A stretch of 64,000 nt of DNA, from the NCBI GenBank assembly GCA_965223795.1, contig CBDCXL010000002.1:1984001-2048000 (forward strand), read 5' to 3'. Source of the DNA: Nitrospinales bacterium. GTDB taxonomy: Bacteria; Nitrospinota; Nitrospinia; Nitrospinales; VA-1. Under the pieces are notes generated by a model. It saw only the letters and a program-made list of their open reading frames with translations, ran no database searches and was not told the DNA's origin. The translations under genes and the position numbers were made by a program. This document shows positions 40,248-50,117 of the stretch, one piece after another (the first letter of the stretch is position 1; every line of letters starts with the position of its first letter).

Positions 40248-42308
40248 ATGAGCGATGATTCCCAGCCTCTGAAGCCGGTGCTGTATCCCGGAGCGCCGAA
40301 ACCCGGAGAAGAAGTTCCGGAAGACATGACGCAGCGTGCGCTCATGCAGGCGATCGAGCTGGCGAAAGCCCACAACCAGCTGGAGATCGACCGCCAGGAG
40401 CTCAAACTCGCGGAAGAGAAGATCAAAAGCCTCGCCAAATTCCCCTCGGAAAACCCCAATCCGATTCTGAGAATCGGGGATATGGGCAAACTGCTTTACG
40501 CCAACCCGCCCGCCGTGAACCTTTTGCAAAAGATCGACGCGGTTCATGACGATGCCGTGACGTTCGAGTTCCGCGAACTGGCGTCGAAGAGTCTGTCGGA
40601 ACAAACCCGCCATGAACTGGAAGTCCGCGTCTCTGACCAGATTTTTTCGCTGGAATTCACGCCTATCGAAGGCGAAGGCTATGTGAACGTTTACGGACGG
40701 GACATCACGGAGCGCAAGCAGGCCGAGGTGGAATTGTTGCTGCAATATGAATTGGTGAAAATCTTCGCGGAATCGGAATGCTTTGACGATGCGATGCCGA
40801 AAATTCTGGAAACGATGGGCCGGTTTCTCGAATGGGATATGAGTTTTTTCTGGGAGGTCAAACCCGATGGCCAGGCTCTTCGCTGCCGTTGCGGTTGGAA
40901 TGCGGCGAGCCTTTCGGACAACGCCGCCTGGAAGGAGTTTGAACGGGTCACTCTGGAGATGGAATTTGAAAATGGCCAAGGGCTTCCGGGGCGGATCTGG
41001 TCGGAAAAGGAGCCTGTCTGGATTCCGGATATCTCCCGGGATGAAAATTTCCCCCGGGCTCCTTACGCTTCGCGTCTGGAAATCTGCTCCGGCTATGGAT
41101 TCCCCATCTATTCCAGGACCGGGTTTGTGGGAGTGATCGAATTTTTCACGCGCCGGATTTCCCAGAAAGAAAGTCCGCACTTTCAATTCCTGGCGCGTCT
41201 GCTCGGCAGTCAGATCGGACAGTTCGCCGAACGCCAGCTGGCTCAGCGGGCGGTTCTCAACGAACGCAGAAATCTCTATGCCATGCTGGAAAACCTGCCG
41301 GTGTGCCTGCACGCGCTGGATCAGGACAGGTCGATCCGTTTCGCCAACAGAAATTTCCGGGAACGGTTCGGCGACCCGGACAGCCCGGAATGCCGCGCGG
41401 TGTTTGAGAATCGGACCGCGTTTGACGGCGGTTCTTCGCTGCTCAATGCGTTTGCGGCGGCGAACCGGGAGTCGCTGGTGTGGAAGGGGCCCGACGGATC
41501 GGTTTTCCTTTCCCTGCAATCGGAGTTCTTAGATCTGGACGGATCACCGCTCAATCTGGAAACGTCCATCGACATGACCCGGCAGATCGAAGCGGAAGAA
41601 CAGCTCAGGGAATACGCGCAAAAACTGGAACGCAGCAACGACGACCTTGAGGATTTCGCGTCGATCGCGTCGCACGACCTCAAGGCGCCGCTGCGCAAGA
41701 TCCAGACACTGGCGGACATGCTCAAGGAAAAGACAGAAGGGCTCGATCCCTCCGCAGGCGAATGTGTCGACAGAATGCAGAACGCCGCCACCCACATGGA
41801 AGCGCTGATGCAGGATCTTCTGGAATACTCGTGCGTCACCCGGCAGAACGGGCCGGTGGGAAGCGTGGATCTTGCAACGGTCGTTGCGGACGTGACGGAG
41901 ACGCTGGAGGAGACGATCCGGAAATTCCATGCGCAGATTCATGTGGAGAGCCTGCCGGAGGTCAAGGCGGACCCTTCGCAGATGCGGCAGCTGCTGCAAA
42001 ATCTGATCGGCAATGCGCTCAAGTACCGTTCGCCCGAACGGGCTCCTGTCGTCCGTATTCACTCTGTTGATCGGGGTGAGGACGGATGGGAAATCCGTGT
42101 GCGCGACAACGGCATCGGGATGGAGCAGAAATACGCCGAGCGCGTCTTCAAACCGTTTGAACGGCTGCACGCCCGCAGCGCCTATGAGGGCAGCGGCATG
42201 GGCCTCGCCATCTGTAAAAAAATCGTGACCCGTCAGCAGGGCACGATCCGCATCGAGAGCGAACCGGACAAAGGCTGCACGGTCATCGTCACCCTGCCCA
42301 GGGCTTAG
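40248..42308 (+). CDS. Cytoplasmic PAS-GAF-PAS sensor histidine kinase
   Basis: Start re-called at MSDDSQ. FPSENPNP...DITERK; GAF GQGLPGRIW; H-box ASHDLKAPL; NLIGNALKY, DNGIG, GSGMGLAI. Confidence 0.92.
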   Translation: MSDDSQPLKPVLYPGAPKPGEEVPEDMTQRALMQAIELAKAHNQLEIDRQELKLAEEKIKSLAKFPSENPNPILRIGDMGKLLYANPPAVNLLQKIDAVHDDAVTFEFRELASKSLSEQTRHELEVRVSDQIFSLEFTPIEGEGYVNVYGRDITERKQAEVELLLQYELVKIFAESECFDDAMPKILETMGRFLEWDMSFFWEVKPDGQALRCRCGWNAASLSDNAAWKEFERVTLEMEFENGQGLPGRIWSEKEPVWIPDISRDENFPRAPYASRLEICSGYGFPIYSRTGFVGVIEFFTRRISQKESPHFQFLARLLGSQIGQFAERQLAQRAVLNERRNLYAMLENLPVCLHALDQDRSIRFANRNFRERFGDPDSPECRAVFENRTAFDGGSSLLNAFAAANRESLVWKGPDGSVFLSLQSEFLDLDGSPLNLETSIDMTRQIEAEEQLREYAQKLERSNDDLEDFASIASHDLKAPLRKIQTLADMLKEKTEGLDPSAGECVDRMQNAATHMEALMQDLLEYSCVTRQNGPVGSVDLATVVADVTETLEETIRKFHAQIHVESLPEVKADPSQMRQLLQNLIGNALKYRSPERAPVVRIHSVDRGEDGWEIRVRDNGIGMEQKYAERVFKPFERLHARSAYEGSGMGLAICKKIVTRQQGTIRIESEPDKGCTVIVTLPRA

Positions 42309-42392
42309 TGCGGGCGCGCGGTTTCGGCCGGACTGACCGCATCCCCCCGGCACTTCACTCAAGACTCAAGCATCGCAAATAAAAAATTTAAA

Positions 42393-43193
42393 TCAGGAAA
42401 CGGTATTGAGCAGGTCGCCCCGTTCTGGTTTCGCATCGGGCTCAAACTGTTCGATCAGCTTGCGGGTGCGGGTGTTTTCATCGGCGTGGGATTCGGCATT
42501 GCGGGGAAGGCCGGAACCGTCCGGCTGAAAGGCGGGTGAGGTGGGATGGACGCCGTCCGCGCCGTCATCGATGCCGGAGGCATTCGGTCCCGATTCTTCG
42601 GCACGCAGTTCGGCAAGCTCGCGCCGTGCTTCGGCTTCCATCTGCGCGGCCTGGGCGGCGACCTGCCTGTCCTGGGCGGAGGGATTTTTCGGGGCGTTGG
42701 CGGCCCGCTTGATGGTCTGGGCTTTGACGAGCGTGGCCCGCGGGTTGCCGGGAACTTCGGACGTGTCGATCCGGACTTCGCCTCCAACCGCATAACGCCT
42801 GCCGTCCGGTCCGGTCTGGTATTCGTAGGTGGGCGGGCCCTGGGCGTAGGGACCGGCGGCGGCTTTGTGGGCCTGTTCGTGGGACCGCACTTCCCGGTCG
42901 CGCGAGCGCAGCTGATCGAGAACCTGCTTTTCCTCGGGCGTCAGCTCGGTTTCGCTGCGGGGGTGCACCCGGTTCGCTGCGGTTTCGGAGGCCCCCGCAT
43001 CCGGCGATCGCTCTGCCGCGGAAGCGGGTTCCGTTTCCGGCTCCAGCGGGTTGCGGTTTTGCGAAAGGCGGACCTTGTCCTCTGTCAGGCTTGCGGCGCT
43101 GCCGGAGCCGTTTTTTTCCTCTTCGCATTCGGCGCAGGGTTTCTCCCGGCCGCTGAGGATGAGAGGGGGACCCTGGATGATTTCTGTCTTCAT
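42393..43193 (-). CDS. SprA-related (putative metalloprotease-like) protein
   Basis: RDREVRSHEQAHKAAAG, YQTGPDGRRYAVGGEV, AANAPKNPSAQDRQVAAQA. Confidence 0.85.
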   Translation of the reverse strand: MKTEIIQGPPLILSGREKPCAECEEEKNGSGSAASLTEDKVRLSQNRNPLEPETEPASAAERSPDAGASETAANRVHPRSETELTPEEKQVLDQLRSRDREVRSHEQAHKAAAGPYAQGPPTYEYQTGPDGRRYAVGGEVRIDTSEVPGNPRATLVKAQTIKRAANAPKNPSAQDRQVAAQAAQMEAEARRELAELRAEESGPNASGIDDGADGVHPTSPAFQPDGSGLPRNAESHADENTRTRKLIEQFEPDAKPERGDLLNTVS

Positions 43194-43346
43194 ATCGTGG
43201 ATTCTGCCCGTTTTGACACAATGAGCTTAAGCCTACACTTCCTGATCTTCTTTGCGGTGGATGCACCGCACACTTGAGGCGAAAGCCCTCAAAAAACGGC
43301 CATTGGCGATTTCGGCGGGCGGTTTCGGGACAGAAATTTTTCCGAC

Positions 43347-43389
43347 CCTCATACGAATCTAACCCAACCCTTGTATTCAGGCTTATAAT
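43347..43389 (+). promoter_or_regulatory. Putative Pho box and -10 upstream of phoB
   Basis: 11-bp-periodic hexamers CCTCAT (43347), TCTAAC (43358), CCTTGT (43369), then ATTCAGGC and TATAAT (43384). Confidence 0.55.
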
Positions 43390-43423
43390 GAAAATCAAAT
43401 GATCGAAGGGAGGTTAGCGAGCT

Positions 43424-44110
43424 ATGGCCGGCGAAAATATCCTTGTCGTCGAAGATGAAAAGGACATTCAGGAACTGGTGCAGTACAACCTCACCAAGGA
43501 AAACTACAAGGTGCGTTGCGTTCCCTGCGGGGAGGACGCGCTCAAAGCCGCGAAGGAACAGGCTCCGGACCTGATGGTGCTGGACCTCATGCTGCCCGGC
43601 GTGGACGGGCTGGAGGTCTGCCGCCGGCTCAAGCAGGATCCGGCTACCGAGTGGATCCCGATCGTCATGCTGACCGCCAAGGGAGAGGAATCGGACATCG
43701 TGGCGGGGCTGGAACTGGGAGCCGACGATTACGTGACCAAGCCGTTCAGCCTGCGCGTGTTCATCACCCGCGTGCGCGCGGTGATGCGCAGGAAAAGCAA
43801 CTCAGAACGGGATCCGCAGGAAGTGCTGACGTTCCCGGATCTCGAAATCCATCCGGGCCGCCACGAAGTGCGTGTCCAGGGCAAAACGATCGATCTCACT
43901 TACACCGAATTCGGCATTCTGCAGTTTCTGGCGGGCCGGCCGGGATGGGTGTTCACCCGCTACCAGATCGTCGAGGCGGTGCGCGGCGAAGATTACGCGG
44001 TCACCGACCGTTCGGTGGACTTTCAGATCGTCGGTTTGCGCAAAAAGCTGGGACCGGCGGCGGGACGCATCGAAACGGTGCGGGGAGTGGGTTACCGGTT
44101 CAAGGAGTGA
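43424..44110 (+). CDS. phoB: OmpR-family response regulator PhoB/PhoP
   Basis: LDLMLP, MLTAKGEE, GADDYVTKPF, ETVRGVGYRF; pst-phoU context. Confidence 0.88.
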   Translation: MAGENILVVEDEKDIQELVQYNLTKENYKVRCVPCGEDALKAAKEQAPDLMVLDLMLPGVDGLEVCRRLKQDPATEWIPIVMLTAKGEESDIVAGLELGADDYVTKPFSLRVFITRVRAVMRRKSNSERDPQEVLTFPDLEIHPGRHEVRVQGKTIDLTYTEFGILQFLAGRPGWVFTRYQIVEAVRGEDYAVTDRSVDFQIVGLRKKLGPAAGRIETVRGVGYRFKE

Positions 44111-44112
44111 GC

Positions 44113-45888
44113 ATGCCGGGCAAAAGGCTGCTGTGGCAGCTGTATCCCACTTACCTTCTCATCACACTGGCCTCCCTCATCGCGGTCGGCTGGTATTCCA
44201 TCAAATCCCTTGAAGAGTTCTACTACGACCGCATGCGCGAGGACCTCAAGGCCCGCGCCCGCCTGGTGGTGAACCAGGTCCAGGCCGATTTCATCGCGGG
44301 AAACTTCACGGGGCACAATGAACTGACGCGCAAACTGGGGTCGAAAGGCGCGATGCGGGTCACGCTCATGCTGCCCTCAGGAATCGTGCCGGGCGAGTCC
44401 CACGAAGATCCGGCCCGCATGGACAACCACGCTTCCCGCCCCGAGATGAAAGAAGCGCTTTCCGGCAGGACCGGCACCTCCATCCGCTTCAGCAACACCC
44501 TCAAACAGAAAATGCTGTACCTCGCGGTTCCGGTTCTCGACCGGACCCGCGTGGTGGGCGTGGTGCGCACCTCGATCGCGACGGAATTCATCGAGCGGGA
44601 ACTGGAGTTCGTGAAAATGCGGATTGCCCTGGGAGGCCTGCTGGTGGCCCTTTTGGCGGCGGGACTGAGTTATGTCGTGTCGCGCAGGCTCAGCCGTCCA
44701 CTGGAAGCCATGACGCAGGTGGCGAACCGGTTCGCGAAAGGCGATTTCGACCACCGTGTTCAAACCACTCAAACCCGGGAGATCGACGATCTGGGTGCAG
44801 CCCTGAACCAGATGGCGCGGCAGCTGGACGAACGCATCCGCACCGTCACCGCCGAACGCAACGAACGCGAAGCCATGCTGTTCAGCATGATGGAAGGCGT
44901 GCTCGCGGTGGACGCGGATGAGCGCTTCATCAGCATGAACCTGGCGGCGGCGAAACTGATCGGTGCCGATCTGAATGAATTCCACAGCCGTCCCCTGCAC
45001 GAAGTGGTGCGCAACACCGATCTCAAGCAGTTCGTCCGCAAGGCGCTGACCAGCCGGGAGGTGGTGGAGTCGGACATCGTTCTGGGAAGCGCCGAGGAAT
45101 GCTGCGTGCAGGCGCGGGGCACGGTTTTGAGGGATGAAAAGGACCGTGCCATCGGCGCGGTGATCGTGCTGAACGACGTCACGCGGCTGCGCCGGCTGGA
45201 AAACGTGCGCAAGGATTTCGTCGCCAATGTGTCGCACGAGTTGAAAACGCCCATCACCTCGATTCAGGGATTCGTCGAAACGCTGCAGGAGGGCGCGATC
45301 CACGACAGCAAAAATGCGGCTTCATTTCTGGAAATCATCTCGCGGCAGGTGGAACGGCTGAACGCCATCATCGAGGACCTGTTGAGCCTGTCGCGGCTCG
45401 AGCAGGACCCGGAGCGTTCGGAGATTCTGTTCGAACAAGTGCAATTCAAGCCCTTGATCCAGTCCGCGGTTCAGGCCTGCCAGAGCAAGGCGGCGAAGCG
45501 CAAGACGCATATCCAGGTGGAGTGCGACGAATCGCTGAGCGCGTCGAGAATCAACCGGCCGCTTCTGGAGCAGGCGATCGTCAATCTCGTGGACAACGCG
45601 ATCAAGTACAGCCAGCCGGAATCGCGGGTCGATGTCACGGCGCAGCAGGAGAATGCGGAGATCGTGATCCGCGTCCGCGACGAGGGCCGGGGCATCGGCA
45701 TCGAACACCTGCCGCGCATCTTCGAGCGCTTCTACCGCGTGGACAAAGCCCGCAGCCGCGAGCTGGGCGGCACCGGGCTGGGGCTCGCCATCGTCAAGCA
45801 CATCGCGCAGGCACACGGCGGTTCGGTGAAAGTGGACAGCGCCCTGGGCAAGGGCAGCACCTTTTCCATCCACCTGCCTCAAAACTGA
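44113..45888 (+). CDS. phoR: Sensor kinase PhoR (TM-HAMP-PAS-HisKA-HATPase)
   Basis: Start re-called at MPGKRLL. RKDFVANVSHELKTP, FERFYRVDKARSRELGGTGLGLAIVKH. Confidence 0.9.
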   Translation: MPGKRLLWQLYPTYLLITLASLIAVGWYSIKSLEEFYYDRMREDLKARARLVVNQVQADFIAGNFTGHNELTRKLGSKGAMRVTLMLPSGIVPGESHEDPARMDNHASRPEMKEALSGRTGTSIRFSNTLKQKMLYLAVPVLDRTRVVGVVRTSIATEFIERELEFVKMRIALGGLLVALLAAGLSYVVSRRLSRPLEAMTQVANRFAKGDFDHRVQTTQTREIDDLGAALNQMARQLDERIRTVTAERNEREAMLFSMMEGVLAVDADERFISMNLAAAKLIGADLNEFHSRPLHEVVRNTDLKQFVRKALTSREVVESDIVLGSAEECCVQARGTVLRDEKDRAIGAVIVLNDVTRLRRLENVRKDFVANVSHELKTPITSIQGFVETLQEGAIHDSKNAASFLEIISRQVERLNAIIEDLLSLSRLEQDPERSEILFEQVQFKPLIQSAVQACQSKAAKRKTHIQVECDESLSASRINRPLLEQAIVNLVDNAIKYSQPESRVDVTAQQENAEIVIRVRDEGRGIGIEHLPRIFERFYRVDKARSRELGGTGLGLAIVKHIAQAHGGSVKVDSALGKGSTFSIHLPQN

Positions 45889-45966
45889 AACGCGGCGCCC
45901 GCCTTTCCGGGGCATTCCTATCAACGTTCCCACATAGAGGTTTTCGGGTGAAAGCCCGGTATTCGC

Positions 45967-46027
45967 TTGACAATGCGCTATATTTATTGATATATAACCA
46001 TTTCGCTGTATACTTGGAAATATAATG
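45967..46027 (+). promoter_or_regulatory. Tandem ModE-type operators overlapping the modA promoter
   Basis: CGCTATAT-TTATTGA-TATATAAC at 45976-45998; a weaker CGCTGTATA-CTTGGAA-ATATAATG at 46004-46027; TTGACA at 45967. Confidence 0.8.
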
Positions 46028-46094
46028 CCTATGGCGCCGAAGACGGCACTTTATGAAGTTTCGGCGCGGGCAGTCCAGACAGAGGAGCGAATCG

Positions 46095-46880
46095 ATGACC
46101 CCGCGATTCCGGCGGATCGGACCGGTTGTGTGCGCATGGCTGATGTTGTTTTTTGCAGGTCTTGTTTCGCCCGCTGCCAGCGCAGCGGGAGAGGTGAACG
46201 CCGCCGTGGCGGCGAATTTTCTGCTGCCGCTGCGCTCGATCGCACAGGAATTCGAAAAGCAAACCGGCCACCGGGCGCGGATCATCTCCGGCTCGACGGG
46301 GAAACTGTACGCGCAGATCCGGCAGGGCGCGCCGTTCGATGTGTTTCTGGCGGCCGACGAAAAGCGGCCGCGGCTGCTGGTGGAGGAAGGCCATGCGGTG
46401 CCGGAGTCGCGCTTCACCTATGCGGTGGGGCGGCTGGCGTTGTGGAGTGCGGTTCCCACGCTCGTTTCGGATGATGCTGCGCGCGTGCTCAAGAGCGGAA
46501 AATTCCGCCACCTCGCCATCGCCAATCCCAAGACCGCGCCGTACGGCCGGGCCGCCCAGGAAGTGCTCCAAAAACTTGGATTGTGGGAGCCGCTGCGGCC
46601 GCGTCTGGCGCGCGGGGAAAACATCGGCCAGACGTTTCAGTTTGTGGTTTCCAAAAATGCCGAGCTGGGGTTTGTGGCGTTGTCGCAGATCCAAACGGCC
46701 AGATTCAAAGGCAAGGGCAGCCGCTGGGCCGTGCCGCCGGACTGGCACGCGCCGCTCAGGCAGGATGCGGTGCTGCTGACGCGGGCGCGGAGCAATCCCG
46801 CCGCCCAGGCCCTGTTCGAATTTTTACAAGAGGCCGAAGTCCGAAAGCGCATCACGGATTTCGGCTACGGGTTTGAATGA
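46095..46880 (+). CDS. modA: Molybdate ABC transporter substrate-binding protein
   Basis: Start re-called behind AGGAG. AVAANF, GSTGKLYAQIRQGAPFDVFLAAD, ANPKTAPYGRAA. Confidence 0.95.
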   Translation: MTPRFRRIGPVVCAWLMLFFAGLVSPAASAAGEVNAAVAANFLLPLRSIAQEFEKQTGHRARIISGSTGKLYAQIRQGAPFDVFLAADEKRPRLLVEEGHAVPESRFTYAVGRLALWSAVPTLVSDDAARVLKSGKFRHLAIANPKTAPYGRAAQEVLQKLGLWEPLRPRLARGENIGQTFQFVVSKNAELGFVALSQIQTARFKGKGSRWAVPPDWHAPLRQDAVLLTRARSNPAAQALFEFLQEAEVRKRITDFGYGFE

Positions 46881-46907
46881 AATTATCCATTTAGATGAGG
46901 TGACACG

Positions 46908-47603
46908 GTGGAACCGACCTCGCTTGCGTGGGACGGGCTGGACCCGGCTCCCATCTGGCTGACGCTGAAACTCGCCGGCACCACGGTGCTGCTGCTGCTC
47001 ATCATCGGCACGCCTTTGGCCTGGTGGCTGGCGCACACCCGTTCCCGCTGGCGCACGGCCATCGAGGCGGTGGTTGCGCTGCCGCTGGTCCTGCCGCCGA
47101 CGGTGCTCGGATTCTACCTGCTCATCGCGCTGGGGCCGGACGGCTTCATCGGCGAAGCCGCGCAGGCGGTCACCGGGGCGCCGCTTTCGTTCACCTTCAC
47201 CGGGCTGGTCCTCGCCTCCACGCTGTATTCGCTGCCGTTCGTGGTGCAGCCCCTGCACGCGGCGTTCGAAGCGGTGGGGGAACGCCCGCTGGAGACCGCC
47301 TGGACGCTGGGCGCGTCGCGGTGGGACGCCTTTTTCACGGTGGCCTCGCCGCTGGCGCTGCGCGGCTACATCACCGCGGCGGTGCTGGGGTTCGCGCACA
47401 CACTCGGCGAGTTCGGCGTCGTGCTGATGGTGGGGGGCAACATTCCCGGCAGAACGCGCGTGATCTCCATCGACATTTACGACCGCGTGGAAGTGCTGGA
47501 GTACGCGCAGGCGCATCTGCTGTCCGCGGGACTGCTGGTGTTTTCCTTCACGGTGCTGTGGGTCGTGTACGCGATCAACCGCAGGCTTCCCATTCACGTC
47601 TGA
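46908..47603 (+). CDS. modB: Molybdate ABC transporter permease
   Basis: LPLVLPPTVLGFYLL, FAHTLGEFGVVLMVGGNIPG. Confidence 0.95.
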   Translation: MEPTSLAWDGLDPAPIWLTLKLAGTTVLLLLIIGTPLAWWLAHTRSRWRTAIEAVVALPLVLPPTVLGFYLLIALGPDGFIGEAAQAVTGAPLSFTFTGLVLASTLYSLPFVVQPLHAAFEAVGERPLETAWTLGASRWDAFFTVASPLALRGYITAAVLGFAHTLGEFGVVLMVGGNIPGRTRVISIDIYDRVEVLEYAQAHLLSAGLLVFSFTVLWVVYAINRRLPIHV

Positions 47604-48712
47604 TGAACTCGCTGCGCGCCGCCTTCAGGGTGGATTTTAAAAACTTCGATCTCGATGTGGACCTGGCGCTGCCGGAAAGCGGCGTCACGGTGCTGTTCGG
47701 TCCATCGGGTTCGGGCAAGACCACGCTGCTGCGCTGTGTGGCGGGGCTCGCGCGTTCGCCGTCGGGGTTTCTGAAGATGGGCGAGACGGTCTGGCAGGAT
47801 GAATCGAAGGGTGTGTTCGTGCCGCCGCAGTCGCGTCCCCTGGCGATGGTGTTTCAGGAACACCGGCTGTTTTCGCATCTGAGCGTGCGCTCCAACCTGC
47901 TTTACGGGTGGCGGCGCACCGCGCCGGAGCTGCGGCGTGTGGATCTTGAGCGGGTGGTGGATCTGCTGGAGCTGGGGCCGCTGCTGGAACGGCGGCCGCG
48001 GTCCCTGTCCGGCGGCGAGGGACAGCGGGTCGCCATCGGACGCGCCCTGTTGCGCAGCCCCCGGTTCTTGCTCATGGACGAACCGCTGGCCTCCCTCGAT
48101 GCGGTGCGCAAGCGTGAGATCCTGCCCTACATCCGCCGCCTGCAGCGCGAACTTAAAATTCCAATTCTGTACGTGAGCCATTCGATCGCGGAAGTGCTGC
48201 AACTGGTGGACACGATGGTGCTGCTCAAGGCCGGGCGGGTGGCCGCTTTGGGGCCGGTGGAGGAGGTGTTTGCACGCATCGGCCTGCGCAACGATCTGGA
48301 TTCCGCGCTGGTGGGGGCGGTGATCGACACGCAGATTCAGGCGCACGAGCCGGAATACGGTCTCACGCGCCTGCGGTTCCAGGAGCAGACGCTGTATGCG
48401 CCGCGCCAGCCCGGCGAGGCGGGGGACACGATCCGGCTGCACATCCACGCGAACGATGTGAGCCTTGCGTTGTCGCCTCCCGACGCTGCGAGCAGCGTGC
48501 TCAATGTGCTCAAAGCCAAGGTGCTGGAAGTGGGCCCGGCGGTCCCGGAAAGGCCCTCGGTGGACATCCGGCTGGATGTGGGCCAGCCGATTTTAGCGAG
48601 CATCACGCGCAAATCGCTGGACCGGCTGCATCTCACTCCGGGGCAGACCGTGTACGCACAGATCAAAGCGCTCAGAACGGTTCACGAAATGGACGATACA
48701 GTTGGAGAATGA
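47603..48712 (+). CDS. modC: Molybdate ABC transporter ATPase with C-terminal TOBE-like domain
   Basis: Start re-called at ATG 47603 (TGATG overlap). GPSGSGKTT, LSGGEGQRVAIGRAL, DEPLASLD, VYAQIKA. Confidence 0.95.
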   Translation: MNSLRAAFRVDFKNFDLDVDLALPESGVTVLFGPSGSGKTTLLRCVAGLARSPSGFLKMGETVWQDESKGVFVPPQSRPLAMVFQEHRLFSHLSVRSNLLYGWRRTAPELRRVDLERVVDLLELGPLLERRPRSLSGGEGQRVAIGRALLRSPRFLLMDEPLASLDAVRKREILPYIRRLQRELKIPILYVSHSIAEVLQLVDTMVLLKAGRVAALGPVEEVFARIGLRNDLDSALVGAVIDTQIQAHEPEYGLTRLRFQEQTLYAPRQPGEAGDTIRLHIHANDVSLALSPPDAASSVLNVLKAKVLEVGPAVPERPSVDIRLDVGQPILASITRKSLDRLHLTPGQTVYAQIKALRTVHEMDDTVGE

Positions 48713-50025
48713 AAACAAGGGTCGAGGGACTGATTGAGGTGGGGAAACAACACGATCGCAAAGAAACGGCAGTGGGCCGCCCGAAAGTGATGACCTTCTT
48801 TTTATTGTTTGCATTCGTGGCATTTCCGGTCTGTGCCGCCGCTGCGGACGCGGACACGCTGGAACGTCTTGAGACTCTGGAAAAAAAGCTGAAGGAACGG
48901 GACAACGACATGCGGGTCTATTTCAATAATGGACTCAAGATCGTTTCTCCCGATAAAAAATTTCAATACCAGATCGGCGGGCGGATTCAGACAGACGCGG
49001 TGTTTTACGCCTCGGGAGATGCAAGCACGCCTGAAAACGGCGCGGAGTTCCGGCGGGCGCGCCTGTTCGTGGCCGGCATTCTGTACCGGCGGATCCTTTT
49101 CAAGGCGCAGTTCGATTTTGCCGGACAAACCAGTTTCAAGGACGTTTATATCGGTGTCCGCGGTCTGCCGGTCGCCGGCAATGTCATCGCGGGTCATTTC
49201 AGAGAACCGTTCTCCCTTGAAGAACAGATCAGCAGCAAGCACGATACGTTCATCGAGGATTCTCTGATGAATGCTTTTTCGCCTGCGCGCAATCTGGGTC
49301 TGGCGTTTTACGATTCCGCGTTGAATGGACGGGCGACCTGGGCGGTCGGTGTGTTCCGCCAGACCGGGGAAAATCCGCCGCAAATCCAGAGCGACGACGG
49401 CATCAACCTCTCCCTGCGCGTCACAGGCGTTCCCTGGATAGGGGAGGATGGGCGGTCTCTGCTTCATTTGGGCGTTTCCTACGGATACAGCACGCCGTCG
49501 GAATCCGCGTTCCAGTTCGATTCCAGACCGGAGTCCAATCTGGCCGATAATTTTCTTGATACCGGAAGCGTTTCAGCCGAAAATGCAAACCGCTTCGGCA
49601 TCGAGGCGGCGTCGGTCTGGGGCTCTTTGCATGTGGCCGGAGAATACACGTTTTTGACGGTCCAGCGGCCTGCCGGACTGCCGGATGCCGATCTGCACGG
49701 TGGGTACGTGTCGGCCGGATACTTTCTCACCGGAGAGCTCCGCAGCTATCGAGGCGGGGTCTTCCGCCGGGTGGTTCCGAACCGGAACCTGTTTGAGGGC
49801 GGTGTTGGTGCCTGGGAACTGGCTTTGCGCTATTCCACCCTGGATCTCGACGACGGAGCGGTCGCGGGCGGCGAGGAAGACAACTTCACCGCCGCGGTCA
49901 ACTGGTATCTCAATCCCCACACGCGTGCGATGTTCAATTATGTTCTCGCGGACATCGAGGGGGCCGGCGGCGTCGATTTGAACCCCCTGCATGTGTTTCA
50001 ATTCCGCTTTCAGATTGATTTTTAA
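48709..50025 (+). CDS. OprO/OprP-family anion-selective porin
   Basis: GGRIQTD, EFRRARL, FSLEE, GAWELALRYS, VNWYLN; C-terminal FQIDF. True start may be near 48790. Confidence 0.88.
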   Translation: MKTRVEGLIEVGKQHDRKETAVGRPKVMTFFLLFAFVAFPVCAAAADADTLERLETLEKKLKERDNDMRVYFNNGLKIVSPDKKFQYQIGGRIQTDAVFYASGDASTPENGAEFRRARLFVAGILYRRILFKAQFDFAGQTSFKDVYIGVRGLPVAGNVIAGHFREPFSLEEQISSKHDTFIEDSLMNAFSPARNLGLAFYDSALNGRATWAVGVFRQTGENPPQIQSDDGINLSLRVTGVPWIGEDGRSLLHLGVSYGYSTPSESAFQFDSRPESNLADNFLDTGSVSAENANRFGIEAASVWGSLHVAGEYTFLTVQRPAGLPDADLHGGYVSAGYFLTGELRSYRGGVFRRVVPNRNLFEGGVGAWELALRYSTLDLDDGAVAGGEEDNFTAAVNWYLNPHTRAMFNYVLADIEGAGGVDLNPLHVFQFRFQIDF

Positions 50026-50117
50026 CCGCGACTTTGCCCGGTGGGACGAAACCGCAGGTTCGTTTTGCGCAGGTGCTTTATTTTTCAATGTTTTTCCTCA
50101 TGACCCCGGCATCCCTT

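Noticed and set aside
43194..43230. Sigma28 promoter for the SprA-related gene
   Set aside because: Poor -35 match, and the -10-like CACGATAT overlaps the start codon.
43516..44112. N-terminal extensions of the PhoR, ModC (from 46928) and PstA (from 54582) ORFs
   Set aside because: They overlap upstream genes in another frame. This is a high-GC artefact, not a fusion or frameshift.
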